64,000 bases of DNA from Patescibacteria group bacterium (lineage in GTDB: Bacteria > Patescibacteriota > Patescibacteriia > JAHIZJ01). The stretch spans positions 75,471 through 139,470 of the forward strand of contig JAQTMH010000002.1 of assembly GCA_028714495.1 (NCBI GenBank). Reading direction: 5' to 3'. Both the position numbers and the translations under genes were made by a program. Below the pieces are notes generated by a model. It searched no databases and was not told the origin of the DNA. It saw only the letters and a program-made list of their open reading frames with translations. Within the stretch, counting starts at the first letter, position 1; each line of letters opens with the position of its first letter. This document shows, piece after piece, positions 36,515 to 48,531 of the stretch.

Positions 36515-36805
36515 ATGAAACTTTTAAGCGAACCGTTAAAAAAATATATCATAAAAATCGTTTGGCTGACCAGTTTCCTTTTCGTGGCCTGGGTTATTTT
36601 TTCCTTTTACCAAACGATAAACGAGGCAATCCTGAATCCTCCGCCGATTGAGCAAAACCAAGTAAGCGAACGCCAGGGCAAGCTAAATACCAAGTTCCTG
36701 GAAGATATCAAGACTTTCCACGCCGCCAAAACGAAAAAAGTTCTTCCGGCTGAACTCGAGCGAGACCCTTTTGAACCCCTTGCCCTTGACATCCCAGCTG
36801 AATAA
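36515..36805 (+). CDS. Small membrane protein at the end of the pil cluster
   Basis: N-terminal TM and an RDPF motif reminiscent of PilP. Confidence 0.65.
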   Translation: MKLLSEPLKKYIIKIVWLTSFLFVAWVIFSFYQTINEAILNPPPIEQNQVSERQGKLNTKFLEDIKTFHAAKTKKVLPAELERDPFEPLALDIPAE

Positions 36806-36851
36806 GTATAAACTTTTCTTTAGTAATTATTAAGCACAAGAAAATCCGTTT

Positions 36852-37133
36852 ATGGCCCATACAAAATCAGGTGGCTCAACTAATCTCGGCCGCGATTCCC
36901 AGAGTCAACGTCTAGGCGTAAAAATTTTTGGCGGCGAGCCCGCCCGCCGGGGTCAGGTTATTATCCGTCAACGCGGGACTAAATTTCACCCGGGCAAAAA
37001 CGTCAAAGTCGGCAAAGACGATACGCTGTTTGCGCTGGTTGATGGTGTGGTCGAGTTTATTCGAAAAAAACACCGCCGGTTTGATGGCAATCTCAAACCC
37101 GCGGTATTCGTCAACGTTGTGCCACAAAAATAA
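36852..37133 (+). CDS. rpmA: 50S ribosomal protein L27
   Basis: [25 protein letters not shown] and GKDDTLFA. Confidence 0.97.
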   Translation: MAHTKSGGSTNLGRDSQSQRLGVKIFGGEPARRGQVIIRQRGTKFHPGKNVKVGKDDTLFALVDGVVEFIRKKHRRFDGNLKPAVFVNVVPQK

Positions 37134-37143
37134 TTCAATCCAT

Positions 37144-37182
37144 AAAACCAAAACCCGCTAAACAGCGGGTTTTTTGTTTTTT
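37144..37182. terminator. Bidirectional terminator between rpmA and pyrG
   Basis: AAAACCCGCT-AAAC-AGCGGGTTTT. Confidence 0.85.
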
Positions 37183-37187
37183 GAGAA

Positions 37188-38834
37188 TTACCTTTTTAAG
37201 TCGCGCCTCTGACTGCAGGCTTTCACAAAAGCCAGAAACAATGGATGAGGCCGTTCTGGCCGAGAAATATATTCAGGATGAAATTGGGTGCCGACAAAAA
37301 ACGGATGATCGGGTATTTCGATTGCTTCAACCAGCTTGCCGTCTGGAGAAGTTCCAGAGACAATTAAGCCCTTGTCTTCTAATCGCTTGCGGTAAGCCGC
37401 ATTAAATTCATAGCGGTGGCGATGGCGTTCCTGCACAGTCTTCGCTTTCTGGCCATAGGCTCTGGCCGTAACCGTGTTAGGAGTCAAGCGGCAGGGCCAA
37501 TTGCCCAGCCGAATCGTGCCGCCGTACTGCTTCTTAGCCAAGTATTTCTGCTGTTCAGGCATTATGTGAATTACCGGGTGGGGCGTCTTGGGATCAACTT
37601 CTATGGAATTAGCGCGATCCAGACCAACTACATGGCGGGCAAACTCAATAACCGCCATTTGCATGCCATAGCACAGACCAAAATAGGGAATTTTATTTTC
37701 ACGGCAGAAGCGTATAGCCTTAATTTTACCCTCTGAACCGCGGTTTCCCCAACCTTGAGGTACGATGATGCCGTTCAGGTCTTTCAAACCGCTGACCGCT
37801 GATGGATTTTTCTCGAATTCCTCTGAATTGATCCACTTGAGATCTGGTTTAAATCCTAAATGCCAAACCGCGTGTTTTATCGCTTCAATCACGGAAATAT
37901 ACGAGTCAGCCAGCGTGAAATTACCAGTAGCAAAGTATTTTCCCACAATACCGATCTTGATCGGCTGTCTGACCGTTTTGATTTCCTTAACCAGATTAAG
38001 CCAGAATTTTATTTGCTTCTGCCTGGGTCGGAGACCGAAGTGGCTTAGAATTTTATCCGTCAATTTTTCTTTTTCGAAATTAAGCGGCACTTCATAAATA
38101 CTGTCCACGTCAACAGCTGACAATACGCTGCCGGCTGACATATTGCAGAAAATCCCCAGCTTTTCCCGACGGGGCTTGTCCATCGGCTTTTCCGAACGGC
38201 ACAGAAGAAAATCTGGCTGGATCCCGGCTGAGTTTAAAGTTCGAACAGCGTATTGGGTGGGTTTGGTTTTCATTTCTCCAATTTTCGAGGGAATCGGCAG
38301 ATAGCTTACTAAAACAAAGGCTACGTCTTTGGGCTGGCTTAAGCGCATCATCCTGGCCGCCTCGAGAAAGAGTAAATTTTGATACTCCCCAACCGTGCCA
38401 CCAATTTCGACTAAGACAAAATCGGACTTGGTTTTAGCACCAGCTAACTTTATCCGCCTGATTACCTCCTCAGGAATATGCGGCACCACTTCAACGCACC
38501 GGCCGCTGTATTCTAAATTCCGTTCTTTCTGGATAACCGAGAGGTAAACCGCGCCGGTGGTCATATAATTGTCCCGGGTCATATCAGTATTCAAAAAACG
38601 CTCATAGTTGCCGATGTCTTGATCGGTTTCCAGGCCGTCTTTGGTGACAAAAACCTCTCCATGCTCGGTGGGATTCATTGTCCCGGCGTCAACGTTCACA
38701 TAGGGATCAATCTTCATGGCCGTGACCTTGAACCCACGGCTTTTTAACAGCATCGCGATTGAGGAAACGGCTATCCCCTTGCCTAAGCCGGAAAGGACGC
38801 CGCCCATGACAAAAATGTACTTTCTATTTTTCAT
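37188..38834 (-). CDS. pyrG: CTP synthase
   Basis: GGVLSGLGKG, KIDPYVNVDAGTM, GLCYGMQ, ERHRHRYE and QFHPE. Confidence 0.97.
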   Translation of the reverse strand: MKNRKYIFVMGGVLSGLGKGIAVSSIAMLLKSRGFKVTAMKIDPYVNVDAGTMNPTEHGEVFVTKDGLETDQDIGNYERFLNTDMTRDNYMTTGAVYLSVIQKERNLEYSGRCVEVVPHIPEEVIRRIKLAGAKTKSDFVLVEIGGTVGEYQNLLFLEAARMMRLSQPKDVAFVLVSYLPIPSKIGEMKTKPTQYAVRTLNSAGIQPDFLLCRSEKPMDKPRREKLGIFCNMSAGSVLSAVDVDSIYEVPLNFEKEKLTDKILSHFGLRPRQKQIKFWLNLVKEIKTVRQPIKIGIVGKYFATGNFTLADSYISVIEAIKHAVWHLGFKPDLKWINSEEFEKNPSAVSGLKDLNGIIVPQGWGNRGSEGKIKAIRFCRENKIPYFGLCYGMQMAVIEFARHVVGLDRANSIEVDPKTPHPVIHIMPEQQKYLAKKQYGGTIRLGNWPCRLTPNTVTARAYGQKAKTVQERHRHRYEFNAAYRKRLEDKGLIVSGTSPDGKLVEAIEIPDHPFFVGTQFHPEYISRPERPHPLFLAFVKACSQRRDLKR

Positions 38835-39276
38835 GGCTTGGTTCTATTTTGAGAGTTATTAAACGAGTCTGCTCGGCCAGCTTAATCGTAACTTTCTGCT
38901 CGCCGACTTCCTTGATCGGTTTTTCTAGCATAATCGCATCAGTGGGAACCAAAATACCCTTTTGTTCACGCAAAGCCCGGGCGATTGCCTTCCGGTCGAC
39001 TCCGGCGAAAAGCCTGCCCTCAGGCGTCGCCTTGGCGAGAATTGAAAGCTGAACCTCAGCCAACGCTGCTAAAACCTTCTGAAAATTATCTTCGAGCTTT
39101 TGCTTCTTCAATTTCCTCTTTTTCTTTAAGTCCTCGACCTTCTTCAAGTTTGTTTCAGTCACTGGCAATATTAACCCTTTGGGAATGAGAAAATTGCGGG
39201 CAAAACCGTCCGAGACATTTTTAACATCGCCGGCCTGACCGAGATTAGGCACTGTTTGACGCAAAATTACTTTCAC
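38824..39276 (-). CDS. rplI: 50S ribosomal protein L9
   Basis: LGQAGDVKNVSDGFARNFLIPKG and GRLFAGV. Confidence 0.95.
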   Translation of the reverse strand: MKVILRQTVPNLGQAGDVKNVSDGFARNFLIPKGLILPVTETNLKKVEDLKKKRKLKKQKLEDNFQKVLAALAEVQLSILAKATPEGRLFAGVDRKAIARALREQKGILVPTDAIMLEKPIKEVGEQKVTIKLAEQTRLITLKIEPSHEK

Positions 39277-39290
39277 GGTTTCTTTGATAA

Positions 39291-39566
39291 TTAATCCTTA
39301 ATCACAAAATCGCTGTACTCACCGGTCGCCTCCGACCAATTTTCTGTCATCCGGTCAATTTGGGCGTGGCCGGGACGAGAATTTAACCAAGTCATGAACT
39401 TCTCTAATACTTCTTTTTCTCCCTCAGCCTCAATTTCGACCGTTCCGTCGTTCTGATTTGTCACGCAACCGGTTAAACTAAGCACCATGGCTTGTACCTT
39501 GACCATCGAGCGAAGATTAATGCCTTGGACTTCACCAAAGACTTTTAGGGAAAGTCTTTGTTTCAT
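39291..39566 (-). CDS. Acylphosphatase
   Basis: GEVQGINLR and GCVTNQNDGTVEIEAEG. Confidence 0.88.
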   Translation of the reverse strand: MKQRLSLKVFGEVQGINLRSMVKVQAMVLSLTGCVTNQNDGTVEIEAEGEKEVLEKFMTWLNSRPGHAQIDRMTENWSEATGEYSDFVIKD

Positions 39567-40822
39567 GGAGTTTGGGTTAGCTGTTTAATCGCGGCTTCAA
39601 GCTGAGGATCGACTCCCGCTTGATACTGTTCCAGGGTATACTTAACCGCAACGTCAGGCGTGATACCCTTCTTATCGATTGATCGGCCGGAGGGCGTTAA
39701 CCATTCGGCTACGCTTACCTTCAAACTTGAACCGTCGTCAAACTCAGTATAATCCTGAACCGTTCCTTTGCCAAATGTGGTTTCACCGACTAGGGTCGCC
39801 AAATGGTAATCTTGCAATGCTCCAGCTAGAATCTCGGCGGCTGAAGCCGTTCCCGGATTAACCAGAATCACGGTTGGCACGCTCTTTAAACGACTGGTTC
39901 CATCGGAAAAATGCTCCTGGCGCCGGTCGCCGCTCATCTTCTCTGTTACCACTAGGTCATCTTCGATAAATTCGCCGGCCACTTTCACGGCCACATCTAA
40001 ATAACCGCCCGGGTTGTTGCGTAAATCAAGAATCAAGCCCTTGGGCTCTTCTAAGAGGATCTCAGTTATGGCCTTGTTAAATTGGGTAACCGTGTCATTA
40101 CTAAAGCTGGTGATAGCGACGTAGGCAAGCTTCGAATCAAGCATTTTCCAGCTGACACTTTCGGTAGTAATAGTGTCTCGGGCAATCGAGATGGCGACTG
40201 GTTCTGACTCGCCTTCATGAACTATTAAAAGCGTCACCCGGGTTCCTTTTTCTCCCCGGATCAACTGGATTGCTTGATCAACGGTTAAATTATAGGCATC
40301 CGTTTCATCAATCTTTATAATTTGGTCGCCAGCTTTCAAGCCCGCTTCCTCCGACGGTGAGCCAGGCATCGGAGAAATCACCACAAGTTTCTCGTCTTTA
40401 ATCCCGATCTCCGCGCCAATGCCCTCAAACTGCCCGCTTATTTCGACATCAAACTCTTTGGCTTCCTGCGGGTCAAAATATACGGAATATGGGTCGTCCA
40501 ACGAGGCCACTAAACCTTTTAAGGCGCCATAAAAAGCCGTCGTCTCATCAATTGGCTGGTGCACGTACTCATTTCCCAGGTATTGCCAAACCTCCCAAAA
40601 CTGGTTGAAGTCAATATTCTTGTCTTTGACGTACTGCGGCGCTCTTTCGACAATCTGTGATAGAATCTCCGAACTGGAAAAGGTGCCCGGCCGGGCCAGC
40701 CCAACAAAGTAACCTACAAAAAACACCAACACTAACAACGAAAAAATAATATAACCAAAAAGAAATTTAAAAAAGAACGGCGTTTTATTTGTTGAGGGTG
40801 TCAGTTTATTTCGTACGTCCAT
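39563..40822 (-). CDS. C-terminal processing protease (S41, PDZ domain)
   Basis: FEGIGAEI, DLRNNPGG, TASAAEI and TFGKGTVQ. Confidence 0.95.
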   Translation of the reverse strand: MDVRNKLTPSTNKTPFFFKFLFGYIIFSLLVLVFFVGYFVGLARPGTFSSSEILSQIVERAPQYVKDKNIDFNQFWEVWQYLGNEYVHQPIDETTAFYGALKGLVASLDDPYSVYFDPQEAKEFDVEISGQFEGIGAEIGIKDEKLVVISPMPGSPSEEAGLKAGDQIIKIDETDAYNLTVDQAIQLIRGEKGTRVTLLIVHEGESEPVAISIARDTITTESVSWKMLDSKLAYVAITSFSNDTVTQFNKAITEILLEEPKGLILDLRNNPGGYLDVAVKVAGEFIEDDLVVTEKMSGDRRQEHFSDGTSRLKSVPTVILVNPGTASAAEILAGALQDYHLATLVGETTFGKGTVQDYTEFDDGSSLKVSVAEWLTPSGRSIDKKGITPDVAVKYTLEQYQAGVDPQLEAAIKQLTQTP

Positions 40823-42081
40823 TATTGTTTCAATCTAGTGATCTTGGCTCCGAGGGAACGTAACCTCTCGTCAATGGCTTCATAACCCCGGTCTATCTGG
40901 TAAATATTATCAATCTCACTTTTGCCGCTGGAGATCAGGGCGGCAATAACCAGGGCGATACCGGCTCGAATATCCGGGCTCTCAAATTTTCCACCAACTA
41001 ATTTAGTCGGCCCCAGCACTACCACGCGATGAGGATCACACATAATTATCTTGGCGCCCATCTTATTGAGCTTATCAATATAAAACAGGCGGCCTTCGTA
41101 AATCGTCTCATGGATCAAGCTTAACCCCTTAGCCTGGGTCATCATTACCGTAAAAGGCGCCTGCAGATCAGTGACAAAGCCTGGATATTCGTGGGTCACC
41201 AAATTCGTGGCAATTAAATCCGGCGAATGCCAAACCTTGACCTGGTCTCGGCTTAATTCGAATTTAACGCCGGCCTGACCCAGAATTTTCCAAGGAACCT
41301 CGAGATGGGCTGGATCGCAGTCGCGAATCACGATTTCTCGACCGGCCAGAGCGCCCAAGATCGCGAAGGTGCCGGTTTCGATTCGATCAGGCATAATTTT
41401 TATGTCACCTCCGGTCAGCGATTTGACTCCCTCGATAGTAATAGTGTGGGTGCCGGCGCCTTTTATTTTTGCCCCGCGGCTGTTTAAGTAATTAGCTAAT
41501 TCCTCAACCTCGGGCTCACAGACGGCGAATATTAATCTGGTCGTACCTTTGGCCAAAGTAGCGGCTGACATCAGAGTTTCAGTGGCCGTAACGCTCATTC
41601 TGGGAAAAACAAATGTATTGCCTGAAAGTCTTTTGGTCCGGAAAAGGTAGCCTTCGGAATCTTCGGTTATTTCTACACCCAGCGCCTTAAAGCCGTCAAG
41701 AAATATGTCGATCGGCCGCTGTCCGATCACGCAGCCGCCCGGATGGGGAAATTTGACTTCGCCAAAACGCGCCAGGATTGGTCCCAATAAAACCACCGAG
41801 GCGCGTAATTTTCTGACTAGCTCTGGTTTTAATACTGGCTTATCAATCCGGCTGGTATCTATCTGATAGGTATGGCTGTCTATTTGCTCCACGGCCGCGC
41901 CTAAGTCTCTCAGTATCTCAAGCATCACCCGAATATCGGCAATATCCGGCACATTCTCAATCCGGCAGGAACCCTCTGACAGCAGGGTGCTGGCTAAAAT
42001 TTTCAGGGCTGAATTTTTCGCCCCGTTGACCCGGATTTCTCCCTCGAGTAGATTACCGGGTTCAATGATGAATCTTTCCAT
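40822..42081 (-). CDS. murA: UDP-N-acetylglucosamine 1-carboxyvinyltransferase
   Basis: GAKNS, LRAS, PGGCVIGQRPID, PDRIE, TDLQ and IDRGYE. Confidence 0.97.
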   Translation of the reverse strand: MERFIIEPGNLLEGEIRVNGAKNSALKILASTLLSEGSCRIENVPDIADIRVMLEILRDLGAAVEQIDSHTYQIDTSRIDKPVLKPELVRKLRASVVLLGPILARFGEVKFPHPGGCVIGQRPIDIFLDGFKALGVEITEDSEGYLFRTKRLSGNTFVFPRMSVTATETLMSAATLAKGTTRLIFAVCEPEVEELANYLNSRGAKIKGAGTHTITIEGVKSLTGGDIKIMPDRIETGTFAILGALAGREIVIRDCDPAHLEVPWKILGQAGVKFELSRDQVKVWHSPDLIATNLVTHEYPGFVTDLQAPFTVMMTQAKGLSLIHETIYEGRLFYIDKLNKMGAKIIMCDPHRVVVLGPTKLVGGKFESPDIRAGIALVIAALISSGKSEIDNIYQIDRGYEAIDERLRSLGAKITRLKQ

Positions 42082-42166
42082 TGGCTTTTGGCTACCCTAA
42101 CTTGTGTGTTATTATAAAAACAAGTTTACTCCTCCTATTTTACCCAGTAATCCAAAAAACGTCAAA

Positions 42167-43495
42167 ATGACCCGTCGAACGCGCCGGATTCTCTATCTTT
42201 CTTTCATTCTGATGTTCTTTATATTGGCTCCGATTCTGGTGCTCTACTCTTCTGGCTACCGTTTTGACTGGTCCAGAAAACAGCTTCTGAAGACAGCCTT
42301 ACTCCGTCTCAACACTGAGCCCGGGGGCGCCACAGTCTATGTCAATGGTCAGCCTCAAAAGAATAAAACCCCCACCGCCATAAACAATCTTTTGCCTGGT
42401 ACCTACGATATCCGGGTTGAAAAGGACGGCTATCTTCCCTGGCAAAATTCCATCAGTCTAAAATCTAAAACTGTCGAATTTCTGACCGATATCACTTTAT
42501 TCCGAGACACCTCGCCTGAACTTGTCCTGGATAAAACGATTGGCAAATTGACGGCCCTGCCGGATTCTAACGAAGCGCTCTTTGTGACGCCCATTGAAAA
42601 CGGTTTTGAACTTAACAAGCTCAACCTGGCAAACCAGAAAGAAACGAATATGCTAACACGGCCGACTGAAATAAATATTGAAACAGAGGCCGTAAACAAC
42701 CACTTAATTATTTCTTCCCTTGCCAACGGCCTTCCGGTTTATGAAGACATGGACATCACCGTGCCGGAGAAAGCCACGGCAATAAATTGGGCCCCGAAAG
42801 ACATTTCAAAGCTCCAGTGGCTGGACAATAAAAGCTTCTTCGGGATTGCCGAGGGAGTCCTGTGCCAGATTTTTCTGGAAAAACCTGAATTTAATTGCGC
42901 TGGCCCAGCCGTGACCGAGTTTTTACTGCAGGATAAATATGTTTACTATCTTTCCTCCGATATTGAATCTACCCTGCTCTACCGAGCGCCAATTAATAAT
43001 CTCGAGGGGGAGCTGATTGTCCGGCTGCCAAAATCCGAAGACTACCGCTTTATCCCAAAATCAGAACCATTGGTGGTTTTTATCGACGGCCAGACCGAAG
43101 ACCTTGTCCTGATTGATCCGGAGAACACCCCCGGGAAGATAACCACCATACCCAGGACAGCCAAAGATGCTTTTTGGCATGAGGCGGGGGAACAATTGGT
43201 ATATTATAACGATTTTGAGATTTGGCGCTGGAATATTGAAACCGATGAACGAACGCTTCTGACGCGCTTAAGCGAGCCGATCCAATGGGCCAATCGCTAT
43301 GGCTGGTTTGATTACGTGATTTTTTCCCAGGAAAAAAACATTCAAGCCCTTGAGCTTGAAAGTCACACTCCATCCCGAACCACCACCTCCCTGGTCAATA
43401 ATGCCACGGGTCACTTTATCCTTGACCGTGAAAGTAAAAACCTTTTTTATATCGGCAGTAACGGGGATAGACTCTGGAAACGCCCCTTGCGTTAA
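42167..43495 (+). CDS. PEGA-domain membrane-anchored protein with a beta-rich C-terminus
   Basis: TM, GYRFD and TEPGGATVYVNG..TP..LLPGTYDIRVEKDGY..W; start reassigned to MTRRTRR. Confidence 0.8.
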   Translation: MTRRTRRILYLSFILMFFILAPILVLYSSGYRFDWSRKQLLKTALLRLNTEPGGATVYVNGQPQKNKTPTAINNLLPGTYDIRVEKDGYLPWQNSISLKSKTVEFLTDITLFRDTSPELVLDKTIGKLTALPDSNEALFVTPIENGFELNKLNLANQKETNMLTRPTEINIETEAVNNHLIISSLANGLPVYEDMDITVPEKATAINWAPKDISKLQWLDNKSFFGIAEGVLCQIFLEKPEFNCAGPAVTEFLLQDKYVYYLSSDIESTLLYRAPINNLEGELIVRLPKSEDYRFIPKSEPLVVFIDGQTEDLVLIDPENTPGKITTIPRTAKDAFWHEAGEQLVYYNDFEIWRWNIETDERTLLTRLSEPIQWANRYGWFDYVIFSQEKNIQALELESHTPSRTTTSLVNNATGHFILDRESKNLFYIGSNGDRLWKRPLR

Positions 43496-44316
43496 ACCTT
43501 TTTACTCTTGAGATAATCAGCCAAAGCCTCGGTCCAAGGTCTGAGGGGTTTGAATTTGGTGTTAAGCAGCGATGAATTGGCTGGCCGCTTAGCGGCGGTT
43601 TTGTATTCTTTTGAACTGATGGCTTTCAGTTTGACCGGCATATCAGCAAGTTCAAATATCTTTTTGGCAAATTCATACCAGCTGACAGTTCCCTCGTTAA
43701 CCAAATGGTAGATACCATAATCAGGCTGCGTGTCAATCAGCACGGCGATGGCTCTGGCCAAATCAAAGGTGTAGGTCGGCCTGATAAATTGATCACTGAC
43801 TATCTTGATTTCACCGCCAGCTTTGCCTTTCTCAAGCATGGTATCCACGAAATTCTTGCCGTTCGGTCCGTAAAGTCCCTGGGTGCGGACGAGAAAATAT
43901 GCTTCGGTGATTTTACGGAGTTTTTTTTCGCCTTCAGCTTTCGTCTTGCCGTAGGTGTTTATCGGCTTGGGCGGATCATCTTCCCTATAACCATCAGTGG
44001 TCTGGCCATCGAAGACGTAATCAGTGCTGATATGAATCAACGGGGTATTCAACTGTTCACAGCCCTCGGCTAAAATCGCCACCCCATCGGCATTTACGGC
44101 CTTGGCTTCTTTCTTATGTTTTTCCGCGCCGTCAACATCAGTAAAGGCGGCGACATTAATTACCACTTCGGGATTCTCAGCCACCATTTTGTCGATAATT
44201 GTCTCGTCCGTGATATTATACTCAGGCAAATCCCAAAGAACAAGCTGGTGGCCCTTAAGAACCTCTTTCAGGGCCGTACCAAGCATTCCCTTGTGGCCGA
44301 TAATGAGTAATTTCAT
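43492..44316 (-). CDS. rfbD: dTDP-4-dehydrorhamnose reductase
   Basis: GHKGMLG, HISTDYVFDG, YGKTK and RPANS. Confidence 0.95.
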   Translation of the reverse strand: MKLLIIGHKGMLGTALKEVLKGHQLVLWDLPEYNITDETIIDKMVAENPEVVINVAAFTDVDGAEKHKKEAKAVNADGVAILAEGCEQLNTPLIHISTDYVFDGQTTDGYREDDPPKPINTYGKTKAEGEKKLRKITEAYFLVRTQGLYGPNGKNFVDTMLEKGKAGGEIKIVSDQFIRPTYTFDLARAIAVLIDTQPDYGIYHLVNEGTVSWYEFAKKIFELADMPVKLKAISSKEYKTAAKRPANSSLLNTKFKPLRPWTEALADYLKSKKV

Positions 44317-44404
44317 TTTTTTATAACTTAATTGGATAATTACACCTTTCTGGCTGCTTTATCTTACCTGGTATTTTTTCCTGTGTAAAGAATTATTTGC
44401 AGAC

Positions 44405-45403
44405 TTAGCGGTTATACTGTTGTTTGTAATATTTAAGATATTCGCCGCTTTTCAGCTTCTTCCACCAATCCTGATGTTCTCGATACCACTCGATTGTTTC
44501 TTTAAGCGCTTGTTCAAATGAATGCTCCGGCTCCCACCCAAGGCGGCGCAATTTTTCGGAATTCACGGCATAACGACGGTCGTGTCCTGGTCTGTCTTTA
44601 ACATATTCAATCATGGCTTCATCCAGACCCATGATTTCCAAAACCAAACGGGTAATCTCAATGTTTGTCTTACGCTCACCCGTGCCGATATTATAAACTT
44701 CACCATCCTCGCCTTTCTGGATAATTGTATCTAAGGCCTGGCAATAATCGGGCACGTAAATCCACTCCCGGATATTCAAACCATCGCCGTAGACCGGCAC
44801 CTTCCTACCTTCAACCAGATTGGTGATAAAAAGTGGTATCAGCTTCTCGGGATATTGATAGGGTCCGTAAAAATTGCAACTGTGCGTAACAATAGTCGGC
44901 AAGCCGAAAGTTTTCCAATAGGCCCTGACCATATGATCGCCCCCGGCCTTTGATGCCGAGTAGGGGCTGTTCGGTTCAAAAGCCGTCTCCTCAGTAAATT
45001 CTCCGTCTTCGGTCGAACCGAATACTTCATCAGTGGAGACTTGGATATACCGCTTGACCCCGTATTTCCTGGCCGCTTCGAGAAGTGTGTAAGTGCCGAA
45101 AACGTCAGTCATGATAAAGCTCTTGGCGCCGAGAATTGAACGGTCAACGTGGGTTTCAGCCGCGAAATTAATTATCTGGTCAATCCCCTTTTTCATCACT
45201 TTATCAACCATTTTCTCGTCAGCGATATCGCCTTTGACAAATTCATATCTTGGATTATTTTCAATGTCTTTTAAATTTTCCAAATTGCCGGCATAGGTCA
45301 GCTTATCTAAATTGACCACCTGGAATTCCGGATAGTTGTTGATGAGATAGCGGATAAAGTTGGAGCCCATAAATCCCGCACCGCCGGTAATTAAGAATTT
45401 CAT
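44405..45403 (-). CDS. rfbB: dTDP-glucose 4,6-dehydratase
   Basis: DKLTYAGN, AAETHVDRSI, STDEV, PYSASK and DRPGHDRRY. Confidence 0.97.
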   Translation of the reverse strand: MKFLITGGAGFMGSNFIRYLINNYPEFQVVNLDKLTYAGNLENLKDIENNPRYEFVKGDIADEKMVDKVMKKGIDQIINFAAETHVDRSILGAKSFIMTDVFGTYTLLEAARKYGVKRYIQVSTDEVFGSTEDGEFTEETAFEPNSPYSASKAGGDHMVRAYWKTFGLPTIVTHSCNFYGPYQYPEKLIPLFITNLVEGRKVPVYGDGLNIREWIYVPDYCQALDTIIQKGEDGEVYNIGTGERKTNIEITRLVLEIMGLDEAMIEYVKDRPGHDRRYAVNSEKLRRLGWEPEHSFEQALKETIEWYREHQDWWKKLKSGEYLKYYKQQYNR

Positions 45404-45404
45404 A

Positions 45405-45553
45405 ATTAATTTAAAATTAATAATTTAAAATGTAAAATTATTGTATCCGCCCAGGGCGGATTCTTTCATTTTTAATTCTTAATTTTGAATTTTTCCCAGA
45501 ACCACGTTGGGTTCTGGGAACCCCGTACCCAAGCCTGCGAGCGGTACGGGGTT
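45405..45553. repeat. Composite repeat: heptamer-hairpin-heptamer element plus two adjoining palindromes
   Basis: ATCCGCCCAGGGCGGAT; CCCAGAACC/GGTTCTGGG; AACCCCGTACC/GGTACGGGGTT. Confidence 0.8.
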
Positions 45554-45560
45554 AATTGCC

Positions 45561-46820
<1,260 letters not shown>

Positions 46821-46857
46821 TTAGTTTATTGGTTAATTTGTTAATTGGTTGATTTGT

Positions 46858-48516
46858 TTACTCTGTGAATTGGAAGGTGGAAAGAAGCTGTGTGCGGAGT
46901 GAAGCATCACTATAGAATGCGTTTGTAGTATTGTCGCACTCACCGAAATACAATTTCATTATCTTATCGGTAGAAAGTGCTGTTTGAATCATATCTCCCC
47001 CGCAACCCGCGTCGCCTTCGCGGTACTGATAGCCGCTTTGCGTCCCTACTGTCACGGTGGTCGTAGCCTGTTTACCATAGATGCCTATGATGTTATTTGG
47101 ATCGAGTGGTCCAGCTATAAAATTAATCTTGAATGCCTTGGAGTGGTCCGTAGCTGAGAATGACACTCCATCAGCACCGGTAATGTTGGCATAGGTCATA
47201 TCAGCTGGATACCTCAGAGAAAAATGATGCTCAGTGTTCGTATATGTTAACCAATCCGCAGTTTCGTCGGTGAATTGGAAAGTGGAGAGAAGTTGGTCGA
47301 TGTAATTCAGATTATTCTCTGTTTCGGCGGTCAAGTTTGTACGATCATACAAATTCCTGAGATCGTTTCTTCGGGCGCTCTCATTTTGATCCTCGCTCCC
47401 TAAACATTCTTGCGAAGATGGCAATGAGGCTGATAAAAGAAGACCGACATAATCCCCTGCCGTAAGATTAAGCCGGACTTCTCGGAGATTCCAAAACGAG
47501 CATTCATCACCCCAGGCAACAAAGGCATCATAAGTCTGTTGGCCATCAATCGTTGTGCGTCGGCAAATGTTTGTTGCCGTATCATTGAGGACACCTTCGT
47601 TTTCGCACCCTAACGCGAGGTTCTCGCCGCCATTGTATTTTAATTGCTTAAACTGGTTAAAATCACTCGAGCTTCCAATGAACGAAATACTCGCGGCTTG
47701 CGTAAAGTTGATTTGAATGGCCTTACCAGAAAATATTTTCGAACCTGTTTCTTGAACACTCATTGACGAGTCAATGGCTTTTGCGGTCACCTCACCCCAA
47801 GCTGGTGGATAGCTAAAAGAAATTCTAAGGTCTGCATTCGTATATGTTTTCCAGTCAGCGGTTTCGTCGGTGAATTGGAAAGAAGCCACCAATTGAGTAA
47901 AGTCGTCATGTGAGGGAACCGCTGTAACATTTGCCGAGTCATATTCCAAACCCCAGGTTTTACCGTTGTGGTTGAAATAATAATAATCAATAGTGGCTGA
48001 TGTCGCACCCTTGACCCTATGCTTACCAACACCGAGCATACCAGTTATGCGGTAGGCGGTTTCACCAGCGACAGTGGTTGTGGTTGGCTCTAGATTGCCA
48101 CCTGCTTGACTCGAAGCGAAAGCTGAAAGATCACCTTGGTATGTATCGTATAATACGACTCCAATCGGACCAGGCCCAACCGCATCAGTGTACCTCGGAC
48201 CATTCTTGTCCGGATCGGTATTGGCGATTATGCGAACGGCCGTACCATTTGTGTATTTTCGGACAACTGCTTGATTCGGATATTCAAAACTAATGCCAAG
48301 GTCGGCATTAATATATGTGTTGTTTGTCGCCGTATTCGTGTTCTTGTTTGATTTAATCGTTAAACCGGCAGTATTGTTGTCATCAAGTTCTGTGAAAGTA
48401 TTGTAAAAAAAGAAAGCGCCGCCGGCAAAAAGGGCAAAAGCGATAACAATCGCCAGAGCGATGACAGGAGAGAAGCCGGGAAAAGTAATTTTGGGTTGAA
48501 TTTTCTTTTTTGTCAT
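46858..48516 (-). CDS. Membrane-anchored surface protein with three tandem modules (PsbP-like)
   Basis: N-terminal TM, Asn/Thr linker, and modules bounded by (W.)TY.N..(F/L).YP and FQFT. Confidence 0.75.
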   Translation of the reverse strand: MTKKKIQPKITFPGFSPVIALAIVIAFALFAGGAFFFYNTFTELDDNNTAGLTIKSNKNTNTATNNTYINADLGISFEYPNQAVVRKYTNGTAVRIIANTDPDKNGPRYTDAVGPGPIGVVLYDTYQGDLSAFASSQAGGNLEPTTTTVAGETAYRITGMLGVGKHRVKGATSATIDYYYFNHNGKTWGLEYDSANVTAVPSHDDFTQLVASFQFTDETADWKTYTNADLRISFSYPPAWGEVTAKAIDSSMSVQETGSKIFSGKAIQINFTQAASISFIGSSSDFNQFKQLKYNGGENLALGCENEGVLNDTATNICRRTTIDGQQTYDAFVAWGDECSFWNLREVRLNLTAGDYVGLLLSASLPSSQECLGSEDQNESARRNDLRNLYDRTNLTAETENNLNYIDQLLSTFQFTDETADWLTYTNTEHHFSLRYPADMTYANITGADGVSFSATDHSKAFKINFIAGPLDPNNIIGIYGKQATTTVTVGTQSGYQYREGDAGCGGDMIQTALSTDKIMKLYFGECDNTTNAFYSDASLRTQLLSTFQFTE

Positions 48517-48531
48517 AATACGAAATTATAA

